64,000 nt of DNA from Mytilus californianus. Its lineage: Eukaryota. Positions within the stretch are counted from its first letter, which is position 1. The number at the start of each line of letters is the position of its first letter. The notes below the pieces were generated by a model. It saw only the letters and a program-made list of their open reading frames with translations, made no database searches and was not told the DNA's origin. The DNA lies in NCBI RefSeq assembly GCF_021869535.1, contig NW_026262581.1:12710001-12774000 (forward strand), read 5' to 3'. Below are positions 40,401 through 50,523 of this stretch, in pieces. Position numbers and translations under genes: made by a program.

Positions 40401-41075
40401 AACAAGTTACAATGTATGTGCCATTCTTAAAAGAATTATGAGAGACTATATTCATGATATTATTAAATATTCATTTACACATTATAAAACACATATTTTC
40501 ATAAAAATTGTAATATTTTTAAATACTATTATTAAGTTATGTATATATTAAATAATTTCTTCCATAAAATCATTATTAAAAAGTGACACTACAGTGAACA
40601 TATTTTGTCTTAAATCGTTATGTAGAGGACATTTTAAAATCACATGATTTTCATCTTTTATTTCGTTAGTACAGTTAAAATTTTGAGAAAGCCGTCAACT
40701 GAAGGTAACCAATCCTTAAGATTAACAGTGTTATTACTGATCACCCCTCACCTAGCGAAATTAACAGATTTGTGATTTATATAGCCGAATCGTTAAAATC
40801 TTAATTTTAATTTGCTTTCCAGTTTCCTATTATCAATGCAAAGACTATATTAATGAATGTACTCAAAATTCTACAATCTAAACAGTTACCTTTTCTTCCT
40901 CGGACGCTGTATGTTCCTTGTCCCACTCATTTAACAAAACTTTAATAATCTCATCCTTTGCTTTTATACCTTTAGTATTTAGTCCCCACGATCTTGCAAA
41001 TCTAAAACCTGTAGAAACATCAGGAATACCGATTATATCGTCTCGACATTGAATATCATACTCTCTAGAAGACAT
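13047..41075 (-). CDS. Gene B: complete 10-exon, 989-aa N-terminal module + dynamin-like GTPase + helical stalk + protein kinase fusion
   Basis: Exons 40890-41075, 37984-38191, 28343-28629, 26121-26258, 25365-25562, 24583-24698, 19503-19951, 18017-18707, 16301-16589, 13047-13454. Total 2970 nt, in frame, all introns GT-AG. GTPase motifs GEATSGKSS, LPTSGIKCT, DTPG, NKWD. Kinase motifs GSGSFADVY, VALK, HRDMKLEN, DVG, GSPVYMAPE. Confidence 0.93.
13689..13995 (+). repeat. Dispersed DNA-transposon-like fragment with a TTAA|GG end; inverted copy at 29420-29715
   Basis: The two copies align over ~300 bp (cacgctacaggttgtgcaaaattg..., ggggtcaccg). The TTAA-GG terminus is Kolobok-like, but only one end is seen. 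Confidence 0.55.
16301..16589 (-). CDS. Gene B exon 9 (kinase to catalytic loop)
   Basis: tttag|(R)ETKHPNIIQYYGC...HRDMKLENIL|gtgagc; 289 nt. Confidence 0.94.
18017..18707 (-). CDS. Gene B exon 8 (stalk + kinase N-lobe start)
   Basis: taaag|(G)TLLGEHDKK...LLGSGSFADVYKG...VALKYC...LLEDRTL(R)|gtattc; 691 nt. Confidence 0.94.
19503..19951 (-). CDS. Gene B exon 7 (helical stalk)
   Basis: tttag|WLSQIVKRANYTLK...QIEAIE G|gtacaa; 449 nt. Confidence 0.93.
20682..20860. mobile_element. MITE nested in the gag ORF of the PAT/DIRS-like element
   Basis: TA duplication at 20680-81 and 20861-62; removing it restores ...DEKK-I-RAADNRAVKK in frame. Confidence 0.9.
22040..22250. repeat. Abundant dispersed repeat (aactataggtcaccgtacggccttcaacaat family); related copies near 470-720, 1500-1590, 23090-23200, 44385-44640, 48800-49035
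   Basis: Shared motifs gatgtggtatgattgccaatgagacaact and ccgtacggccttcaacaat, seen in both orientations. Confidence 0.75.
23416..23461 (+). ncRNA. Degenerate minimal type I hammerhead ribozyme motif (best-paired of at least 8 remnants)
   Basis: tacgcca-atgaaga-gtct(tgtgt)agac-gaaa-agggcg-tc-tggcgta. Stems I and II pair and GAAA is intact, but the CUGAUGA core and stem III are mutated. Confidence 0.6.
24351..24430 (-). pseudogene. Decayed duplicate of gene B exon 4 (DTPG exon) inside intron 6
   Basis: Reads QGLFMIDTPGFNEIQMHKCLQ; 55/63 nt identical to B exon 4 (26121-26258); acceptor lost and frame breaks afterwards. Confidence 0.8.
24583..24698 (-). CDS. Gene B exon 6
   Basis: The ORF track shows the wrong frame. 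tacag|AKRAMEYGAIDSVHKDFISKGLQNLFPASLRQQLNSHY(C)|gtaatg; 116 nt; supplies the phase 0 to 2 link. Confidence 0.92.
25365..25562 (-). CDS. Gene B exon 5 (G4)
   Basis: Not in ORF track. tttag|LKDFLRNVVN...TLFVCNKWDVVP...YFSTTE|gtatat; 198 nt. Confidence 0.93.
26121..26258 (-). CDS. Gene B exon 4 (G3)
   Basis: Not in ORF track. ttcag|EGLVIIDTPGFGEIQMHKSLQKYLSKSCGFIYVVNTSNAGGVQKGR|gtaaga. Confidence 0.93.
28343..28629 (-). CDS. Gene B exon 3 (P-loop, G2)
   Basis: tttag|(G)EATSGKSSLINLLL...YWPTDVIE|gtatgt; 287 nt. Confidence 0.95.
33690..33880. repeat. ~32-bp tandem repeat inside the Ngaro B repeat (second array 37300-37470)
   Basis: Unit gatccatgctaatgttataattgattaatcgt, about 5-6 diverging copies, no spacers. 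Confidence 0.85.
33908..35781 (+). mobile_element. 5'-truncated Penelope-like retroelement nested in Ngaro repeat B1
   Basis: RT motifs YTSIPH, GIPMGTNCAP, FRYIDD. The empty site aaatttgtgagccg is preserved in B2 (~37496-37509); a 2-5 bp target duplication (gt to tttgt) is possible. Confidence 0.92.
36398..37029. mobile_element. Non-autonomous DNA transposon (~630 bp) with ~24-bp TIRs and TA flanks
   Basis: TA|acgtgagggtacccaaattgcacc ... ggtgcaatttgggtactgtgacgt|TA (3 mismatches). Confidence 0.85.
37984..38191 (-). CDS. Gene B exon 2
   Basis: ttcag|GGIVLHQELLYHRGN...PECNILVA G|gtatat; 208 nt. Confidence 0.92.
40890..41075 (-). CDS. Gene B exon 1 (62-aa N-terminal module)
   Basis: MSSREYDIQCRDDIIGIPDV...SEEEK|gtaact, phase 0. 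Confidence 0.87.
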
Positions 41076-41850
41076 TTTGATATGACCGTCACTTTACTTC
41101 ATCCACAAATCTTCCATCTTGTTGGATTTTTGTCATGATTTTTTGGTAACTATTAATGTACAGATTCAACAAAAGAATCCTTGTGATAATAGCATATTAC
41201 ATTTATTTTCCTTCCTTGTCTATGCTTCAGTATAGTTCAGAGCGACAATAGTCCTATCGTTCCTTACAGATTTGGACGATTTTAAATTGCTGTGATATAG
41301 ATATGTCATTAAGATAATAACCATTTGTTAAACAAATAAATAACCAAACAATAAGACCTCTAAATCTTTTAATTTAAATAATTAATTGTTTTGTAGGTAT
41401 AGTCAACTAAAATATTCAATAAAAGAGGATCTTTGAGGGCTCAACGTGAGCAAGTTTGTTTCTTAAAGCATAAAAATTAACCACAAAATTAGTTGGTTTG
41501 TGTAAACTAAAAATTACTGAAATCTCTAAAAACAAAAATGCGCATACATTCGGCATGTCTGTTTTCCTGTGACATATTTCTAACACTGAAGATGGGATAC
41601 ATGTATATAGATTCATAAGTTCAAGGCATTTACATTTTTTCAAGAAGAAGCCAATTGGAAAAAGTAGGTTGCCTTTTTCGGTTCACAATCTGTAAGTATC
41701 CTTATGAAATAATTTAAATCATCGTATTATATAAATCTATTAACTCAGAGAGAATCCTGGTGACAAACATATTCACCCATCCTAAACTGAATTCTTCAAA
41801 TTTCTGAACATTCTATATGCGATGAACATTTTAATTGTTAGTTTCCTACG

Positions 41851-44350
41851 GCCACGTTATTACTGGTCACTTGAACATTGTCAATAACACTTCTTTGCGA
41901 AATGTGTTATCTAAAGGTTCGAAATATCGTGAGCCTTAATCCATCAATTGGAAACACAACTTCAAAACACTGATGGATTCAGTCGAGGATTATGACAGAC
42001 AATGGGCTAAACGCGAAGAAGAAGACGTAGATACTCTTTCCGAATGGGTTAAGGCTATGAGGTCGTTGATACAATTTAGAATTTAAACAACCGAATGGGT
42101 ATATGAATACATATGCTACACCGATCTTTAATGACCCAAATGCTGCTAAATACATGTCCTACCTCCATGACAAAAATATTGTCCCCACAGATAAATCCCC
42201 AAACAACATCGTGTGTGTGTGTAAATCACATTACATAAAAGATAAAAGAATTAGGTATTGACTAAATTCGATTGGAAACTCAACATACCCCCACGACACT
42301 TTCCAAGGAGTAAATTCTGAATAATCATAGGTCTGTTCTATTTTCCTTTTGAATTACAACCAAAGATGAAGAACGGGATCTTCCTTCACTGTATTGGATA
42401 CCTAGATTAAATAAGTGTCCTTACAAACAAAGTTATATTGCTGTGTCTTTCAAGTGCTCCCCTTTCTAAAATATTAACATCATTTTTTTTCTGCAATTAA
42501 AGCCGGGATTCAATGTTATTGTGAAATTACCTACTTTAGGGGCGGTGTGAATCAAATGTAGATACTTAAAAATTCCAAAGATCTTTTAGTGTAAATAACA
42601 ATCTAAATCTCTTTTCGTCTTGTAATAGTATTAAAATATTTTATTTCATTCCCTTTACACAGGTATTCCCCATTCTCAACGAAAAGACAAACTGAAAAAA
42701 TTGGTCCTGCTTTGTTTTATAAAAAAAGAATGGCCAACGTAGATACAAGAATCCTGTCTTAGGGAGTACTTTGAAAAACATCACTCTGATTCAAAAGAAA
42801 ATACTCTGAAACTGCCATTTTCAAAATGCTTAATTTCTTGCTTGAGAACGAATTTGTTACGTCTGAAGACGTGTTTTTCGAAAAAAAAAAAACAATCGGC
42901 ATTTCCATGGGAACCAACTATGCCCCTCTTCTAGCCGACTTGTTCTTTTATTCATATGAGACTGACTTCATACATACAAGAGCCTCTTGGGAAGAGGAAG
43001 AGAAGCTAGAATTATCCTTTAACCGTTTCTGTGTATCAACATTCCAGCAGCGCCTGCATATGGAGTAAATATCTCCCAGTTGGCTTGTATTTCCTATCAT
43101 CATTTCCTCGAATGTGACCTACCGAATTAGACTTATCCCCGGGGTTTTACCTACATGAGCAACACAACGTTTGGTACAAGTAGAGCAGGTTTTTGCTCAC
43201 AAGGAAGCTGTTGAACCAATAGCTCTAAGTTGTGAAGTTGTAATCATTTCGAAATTTTTATGGACGCCTTCACGATTTGATTGAATGTTATGGAATATCT
43301 GTTTTACTTGAACATTGTCAATATCACTTCTTTGCGAAATGTGTTATGGAATATCTGTTTCACAGATGACGACGGATATGTTCTTATTGTCGTAATAACA
43401 ATCCCGTCCTCTTTGTTCCGAATGTGACCTACCAGATAAGACTTCACACCGGGTTTGTACTTACATAAGCAACACGATGGGTGCCACTGGTGGAACATGA
43501 TCTGCTTACCCTTCCGGAATACCTGGAATCACCCCCGGCTTTTGGTGAGGTTCGTGTTGCTCGGTCTTTGGTTTTCTATATTGTGTTTTGTATACTGTTG
43601 TTTGTCTTTTGTTCTTTTTCGTTTTTTTTTGCCATAGAGTTAATAGTTAATTTTCGACTTATGAGTTTGAATGTCCCTTTGATATTTTTCGCCTGCATTT
43701 TTTACAACGAAGTCGTTAAATTTATTCTTTAATATATCCCGAAAATGTGGGTATGTTACAGAATAAAAAAATATTTTGATACAATGAGTCTCGTGAGAAA
43801 AAAACTTTACGACAGAAGGGATGATTTCAGCTTCCAAATTATGAACGAACTTTCCATTTTGATGTAGCAACATTCCAGCAGCGCGTGGATATGTAGTATA
43901 AATCTCCCAGTTGATACGGTAGTCCAGAGCTTGAATTTTCTATCATGATTTCCTTGATAAAGGGTTGCTGTTTTTTTACAAAGAAGCTATTAAACCAAGA
44001 ATTCCAAGTGGTGAAGTTGAAATCATCCATTCGAAAATTTTACGGACCCCATAAGTTGGTTGACCGTTAAGGAATACCTGTTTCTCAGATGACGACGGAT
44101 ATGTTCCAATTGTCTGAACCATAATCCCATCCCCTTTTCCTCGAATGTGACCTACCGAATTAGACTTATCCCCGGAGTTTTACTTACATAAGCAACACGA
44201 CGTTTGCCACACGTAGAGCAGGATTTGCTTACCATTCCAGAGCACATCAGATCATCCCGATTTTTCTGTTGGGTTCGTGTTGCCCCTCTTTAGTTTTTAT
44301 ATGTTGTGTTTTGTTTACTGTTGTTTATCTTTTTGTCGTTTTTCGTTTTC
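41851..44350 (+). mobile_element. Degraded Penelope-like array: one long truncated copy plus tandem 3' fragments
   Basis: GHVITGHLNIVNN..LRNVLSKGSKYREP linker, RT remnants (ISMGTNYAP), three successive 3' ends near 43200, 43695 and 44350. Confidence 0.85.
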
Positions 44351-45976
44351 GTTTTTTCTTATAGATAAGTTAAAAACAAATAATATGATTACCAATGAGA
44401 CAACTATCCACATATACCCTATGACGAAGATATAAACAACTATAGACCATCGTACGGCCTTCAACAATTAGTAAAACTAAACGTAATACAACTAAAAAAA
44501 GTAAACCAACGGCCTTGTTCATGCTAAAATAACAAACGAAAAACAAATATGACATACAACTACTTAATTACAGGCTTCTGACATTGATCAGGCATATCAA
44601 CAATATTGCGGGTTAAACATGTTTTTAGAAGCTCAATTCCTAAACCCACCACCCCCATCCCCCCCCCCCCCCCCACCCCCCACCCCCCAAACCTGAGACA
44701 GCTGTGTAACAGCACAACATAAAACAAACTGTAAAAACACGTTAGAAAGGAACGAAGCACAAAAACATCCAAAAAGAAGCCAAAAGACACTATGTGCCGA
44801 TCTAAGAATTTTCACGGTTACGAAAAGTTTGTTTAAAGACATTGTATGTAATGAATAAACCATATTATCCCGGACTTTAATAGCAATCATTACACAACCG
44901 ACGGGTTGATTGTAAAGGTGTCAAAAACAGTGTGTAAGGTAAGCAAACCCTGCTAAACTAGTGTAACACGTAATGTTGCTCTCATAGCAAGTAAAAAGTT
45001 ATATTCGTTTATGTCACAATCTATGAACACAGGAGGAGAATATGGCAACGATTAGTGGAACATACCGGCCTCTTGAACTTTTTTTTCAAATCAAGTTTAC
45101 TATGTTTTTGTGCTTAGATAAGATTATTAGTTACTTTAAGTAATAGGTCAGGTTAATTTGGTAGACAGGACATTGAAAGGTTACAGTCTAGTAGAAAGAG
45201 TAACATGTAGCGATTATTTCACGCAGCAATAATTGTCATAAAAAATTAAAATTCACTTCTTCGGAAGTCAGGAATATGACAGTTGTTTTCCATTCGTTCC
45301 GTTGGTTGATACAGTATAACGTTTGATTTTGTCAGTTTTCATGAACCCTCCCCTTTTTGAATTAACCTCGGAGTTCGTTATTTTTGTTCTACAATTTTGT
45401 TTATGAACCTGTCCAAAATGAAGATTTTCATCAGTATTGGTGGAAGATTTTTTGCTTTATCTGCTGATCTCGTGAACCGGCGATTTCAAAATTTAAGATC
45501 CTTTTCCACGAAAAGAACCGATTTTTTGTACTGTAAAAGACTACTTTGTGTCCCAAGTTAACATTATGTAAAAGACTGTGTTAACGTTTAGAGCTTGTAT
45601 GTTTTGTATATTCCTACTCTAAAAAAAGTTCAAACCAAATCTGATATTATGAAAGACTGTTTGAAATTGACAGAGGTTGAAAGTTTGAAAAGAGACATAA
45701 CTTTAAGAGGTAAATGATGTCATTGGTACTTTTGATTATGGTTGCATTTGAAATTAAGAAAAAAACTAAAACTCGTTGCAGCTGTTATGAAAAGTTTTAT
45801 CGACGTCATCAATATAAAAGAAAGGTAATTTAATTGCTGTTTGTAGTCATTTGTTACACTTTCTATTTTTTATAATAAATGGAAGGAAGATATTAGATCC
45901 AAATCTTTACCAAGCTTCACATCAATGAACTTTCCCAATTCGCAGTTTCCGAATCTGAAGGATTATGGGTAATGTT

Positions 45977-46055
45977 CGTACACCAAAATAGAAATAAGAT
46001 AAGTCATTGGTTGAATTTCTAACGTTGCTAACCAACAACAACGTTTTGGTGTACG
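45977..46055. mobile_element. Short fold-back element (12-bp perfect inverted ends)
   Basis: cgtacaccaaaa / ttttggtgtacg with inner ttggtt / aaccaa pairing. Confidence 0.55.
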
Positions 46056-48134
46056 CTTTTAAAATATTACCCAGAATACATTAGATTATGAAACGGCGAA
46101 TTGGCCAACCATATGGTCCGAGTACACAGTTATCGTCCTTTGATTTTCGTTGTCTCTTACTACAATGCTTTCTAATTAGTTCAATCTATATGCAATAATA
46201 TTTCGTATTCCTATTCAACTTAATGCTTTTACAAATATACTCCATAGTGTGGACAGTGTATAGATTGCAAATGTTTTTATACACTTTTCAAATTTATTTC
46301 ATGCATGTTATATTAAGAAAGGGGGTAAATTACATGTTAAAAAAATTTGGGTGCTGAATTTTTATGTAAAGTAGTGATTTGGTTCAATCAAAAAAGGTAA
46401 AAAATTAGTATGTCTGAAGCTGTCAAACTGAACTATAGACCCCTTTCACATAGAATTGTCCATATTTTGAGTTAAAGCTGGTAGACTTTTCTATAATATT
46501 GATATTATTTGTCGCAAAAGTAGTACACTCACCTGTAAAAATCTATTCGATATAGAGCAATTTTTTTAAATTGAATTTATTGTCTAAAAGAAATGCACTA
46601 CGAAATAACTGTGTTCTCGGGCCATACCAGACTTTCATTGGTAGTCAATGTCGCGAAACACCCCGTAGTAGTAATTCTTTCTTTCGACTTTTGTCTAGCG
46701 TCATCAATTTTTTACTGTTCCAAAGATACGTGATGAAGATACTTGAAAAACAAGTTTCATTTTCAATAAAATGGTTTTGCACATATTTATTTCTACCTCT
46801 AGTTTTGGTACAGTTGCTTTTGGACTCTCCGTCCCCTCATAGCTCTTCAGTCGTACGAAACGCGCATCTGGCGTACAAAATTTTAATCCTGGTATCTATG
46901 ACGAGTTTATTCCCTAGGATAACATCCGTTCAATCTTGAAAAGTGAGTGGGTAAATTTATCATAACGATATAAAAAAAACAACGTTTGATGACATTCCTG
47001 ACTTTACACATGCACATGAACATGTGAAGGGTTTAAACTGGTAATTAGGCATAACTATGTTTAAAGGGAATAATTGTAATATTATGTCATCATATATTTA
47101 GCTGTTGATACTGCTTATTTAATAGCTGTTACACACGCTACAAAATTAATATAATACTTTATAAATTTCGTGCATACAAAGCACGTTTTTGTATGTACCT
47201 TCATCAGAAACGCTCAGACCTAAACATTTGAAAGCCTGTGACTCTTTTCACAAAAAATCTTACGTCTAAAATTGATCGTAAGTTATACTGAAATGTTCAT
47301 AACTTACGAGTATTTTTACTCTTAAGATTTTTTGTGAAAAGAGCTCCAGTGATGTACAATACGTAGTTACGTTAGATCATATATGACCAAAAGGGACCTA
47401 AAAGGAATAGTCAAATTGATCTAAGGTTAACTTTGACTGAGGTAGTTGAAAACTTAATTTCTAACTAAATAATATCTTAATCTATCAACGAGGAATTTAT
47501 AAATGTGTGTTATAAATCATGTTACTACCGAAGCACTGACTACTGAGCTGATGAGATTATCGGTGACTAACAGTGACTAACAGCAGAGGTATCGACTCAG
47601 TGTTAGTAAATAAAAATAACGCTTTATAAATTTTGTCCCGTTGAAGCGTTTTTCTTGATTTGGCGAGTTTATATTATTATTATTGGAATAAAATAACGAG
47701 AGTTGATATCAAGCGGGTTCTAATTCTTACTCGTTATGAAACCGACAATTGTAAGTTCATATCACACGGGTTGACACAGCATCCTATATATCTTGCCAAG
47801 TGTTCTCATTTCGTCGCCATGTTCCTTTTTTATTAGGCAGGCTTCATATAAGACATCTCAAGAAGAATTTAAATAAGCTATGTTTCTCTTTTAACTTCAC
47901 ATTTTGCCATGTATATGTTGTCATATCACAGATTTATATCTAAAAATTGCAAATATAACATTGAACTTGACATAAAGGATACTAGAGATTCCAATAGGTA
48001 TGAATTGACAGTGAAGGTTGGTTGAGACCTAGAATGAAACCGTAACATCAAAACTGCTTAGATATCGTAAAATTCACTAGTTCATTTGGGTTCCCTTGTG
48101 TTGTTTTACGGTCACTGATTATGGTTTGGAAGTT

Positions 48135-48760
48135 TGACTGTACCTGTAGAAAACGGGATAGCATATCCTAATTTTTACCGAGATGTTTTTACCGAGCCCG
48201 AAAATTTAGATACGAGCCGGGTAAACTTATCGATCCTTTAATAAAACTTATTCTAAAAGGTTACCAATTCAACACTGAAATTAGATCTTTGAATATGATA
48301 TTTATTGGTTTAAATATTGATTTTGATATCAGTAGATTAAAACTCAACTAAATAATATTGTTATATACATATGCATATTCATGGTTCTACAATCTGTCGA
48401 TACCTGCCATTTGGCATTGCACAAGGTCATATTTTTTTCGGATTGTTAATAACGTCTTTGTATTAAATCCATTGGATGTTGGATGTGTACTATTTGGTAT
48501 TTTAGTGTTAGATTAATGATTTTTTTTTTATTAATTGTTATTTGCTTTGAACTAGCTGTCATAAACTGCGAGTACTCGAAGATCTGTACTTAGCGTCTTT
48601 TTTGTTGTGATGATGTATAAATACCCTGCCACGTCGGGTCTGCGTTTTTGTTACTTGTGTTTCTGCTTTGTATCGATCTGATGAGTTGAGCCCTTTTCAA
48701 TTGATTCTAATGGGTTGTTCATATGTGATGTTACACCACTGTCCCAGGTTAGGGGAGGGT
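48135..48760 (+). mobile_element. Probable 3' end of a second Penelope-like family
   Basis: With one frameshift it reads ENGIAYPNFYRDV.YRARKF...KLIDPLIKLILKGYQFN...LKLN*, then a long UTR containing ctgatgag. Family assignment is from recall of PLE C-termini. Confidence 0.5.
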
Positions 48761-50118
48761 TGGGCGCCCGCAAACATGTTTTACACCACCACATTCTATA
48801 TGTGCCCGTCCGAAGTCAGGAGCCTGCAATTCAGTAGTTGTTGTTTGTTGCTGTGTATTATATTTGTACTTTGTTCATTGTTTTCGACATAAATCAGGCC
48901 GTCAGTTTTCTCGTTTGAATTGTTTAACATTTGTCATTTCAGGGCCTTTTAAGGATGATTATGTTAACTTCTTTGTTATTTGGACTCAGGTGGAGTGTTG
49001 TCTCATTGGAAATTTTACCACATCTTCTTATTTTTATAAATGGAAAAACGTTACCCGCAATTTGTTAATAACACCGAACGATTTATCTTTAAGTTGTTTG
49101 TCATCTGCTATCAATAACAATGATTTTACACAAGCAAATGTGCATTTTGATATCAAAACTTAACTAACACGCTAGAAAAGAATGTTCAAGTATTTAGTTG
49201 AATATTTAATTTCATCAAAACACAAGGTTTAAATTTCCATTGTAAAAAAACCTAACAAGTGGGCGTAATGTATGAACGTTTACCTGATCTGACCCAATCA
49301 AATGGATGGCCACAATAGGTCAATGGATGGTCATATCGAAGCACTTACGGGTTTGATAATAAATTTCATTTCAGCTCCCCATCCTGATTTCCTTGTACTT
49401 ACAACGTAGCTATTAAACCATCAACCATGTGTACTTAGCAATGAAGTTGAAGTACTAATAACCTGAACGAAAGTTTTATCGGCGTCATAATGATTTGATT
49501 GCACGTTATAGAATTTGTGTCACAGATGACAACGGATATGTTCTAGATGTCGAAGCTACAATATCGCCCTCTTTTTTTTATATCATTACATCATTGATTA
49601 TGTTTTATTACTTATCATGAGCATCACTATCGGAGTATTAACTGTTTACCCATCGGGAGCACCTGTGTTCATCCCTTTGTTTTGTTGGGGTTAATATTGA
49701 TAATTTCTTACTTTACTGTAGTGTTTTGAACTAATGCTTGTATTTTCGCCATTTTCTTTTAAGCCATAATGTTTGTCATTCTTTGATGTTGTTTTTGAAC
49801 ACCCTCTCCCCTTTTTGGTATTTTCTGCCTCTCAGTTCTATAATCTTTATATATTAAACTTTGTGTTTCTATCATTTTTATGTCAAATATGTAAGTCATG
49901 TTCATATTTATTGATTTCAAAATTACATATTAATGCATTTCAAAGTGTTATACTAAAATAAATTATTTAATCAAATTTGTCTGTGCCCCTAAATATTGAG
50001 TACTGTATTGTATCAGCTGTCTAATATTATTTTCCCTTAAGCTATAACAAACCGCATACCATAGTCACTATCTCCGAAAAAAAAATCATCTCTGAACTAA
50101 TCGCATGATATTATTGTA

Positions 50119-50523
50119 CTAATGTCGCAAAAATTTTTCAAAAAATATTTTTATATCTGTAGCTTCGGGTCTCTGAGTTTGATCTTTTGCCCAGCAAGCT
50201 TTTATCAAATTTTGCCAGTTTTCGTCTGGTTTATATTTCAGTGATAATGATGGTCGCAGTCCTTCGTCCACTACCGCCTTTTCCAGGGAGGTATACAGTT
50301 GTTGTTGTATATGGTCTGCTGCGTCGATGCCATACCACATCTCCCACAGCATTATTCCGAGTGCATAAATATCGGCTCTTCTGTCATAAATTCCTTTCGG
50401 AACAAGTACTTCCGGTGCCATATACACAGGTGAACCTAGAATTGATCCACCAATATGATCTTCCCTCTTTGTTAACCCTACATCTGTAAGTTTGACTACG
50501 TCATGTCCATCTTTTCTCACCGT
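50119..50523 (-). CDS. Gene C exon 10 (kinase C-lobe, stop)
   Basis: ttgcag|TVRKDGHDVVKLTDVGLTK...GSPVYMAPE...FLRH TAG. Confidence 0.94.
   Translation of the reverse strand, partial: TVRKDGHDVVKLTDVGLTKREDHIGGSILGSPVYMAPEVLVPKGIYDRRADIYALGIMLWEMWYGIDAADHIQQQLYTSLEKAVVDEGLRPSLSLKYKPDENWQNLIKACWAKDQTQRPEATDIKIFFEKFLRH

Noticed and set aside
41089-41136. Short upstream ORFs before the gene B start codon
   Set aside because: 5' UTR boundaries are unknown, and such short ORFs are common in AT-rich DNA.
44643-44690. C-rich tract (G-quadruplex potential on minus strand); also poly-C at 5536-5552
   Set aside because: Simple homopolymer expansions inside dispersed repeats, with no evidence of function.
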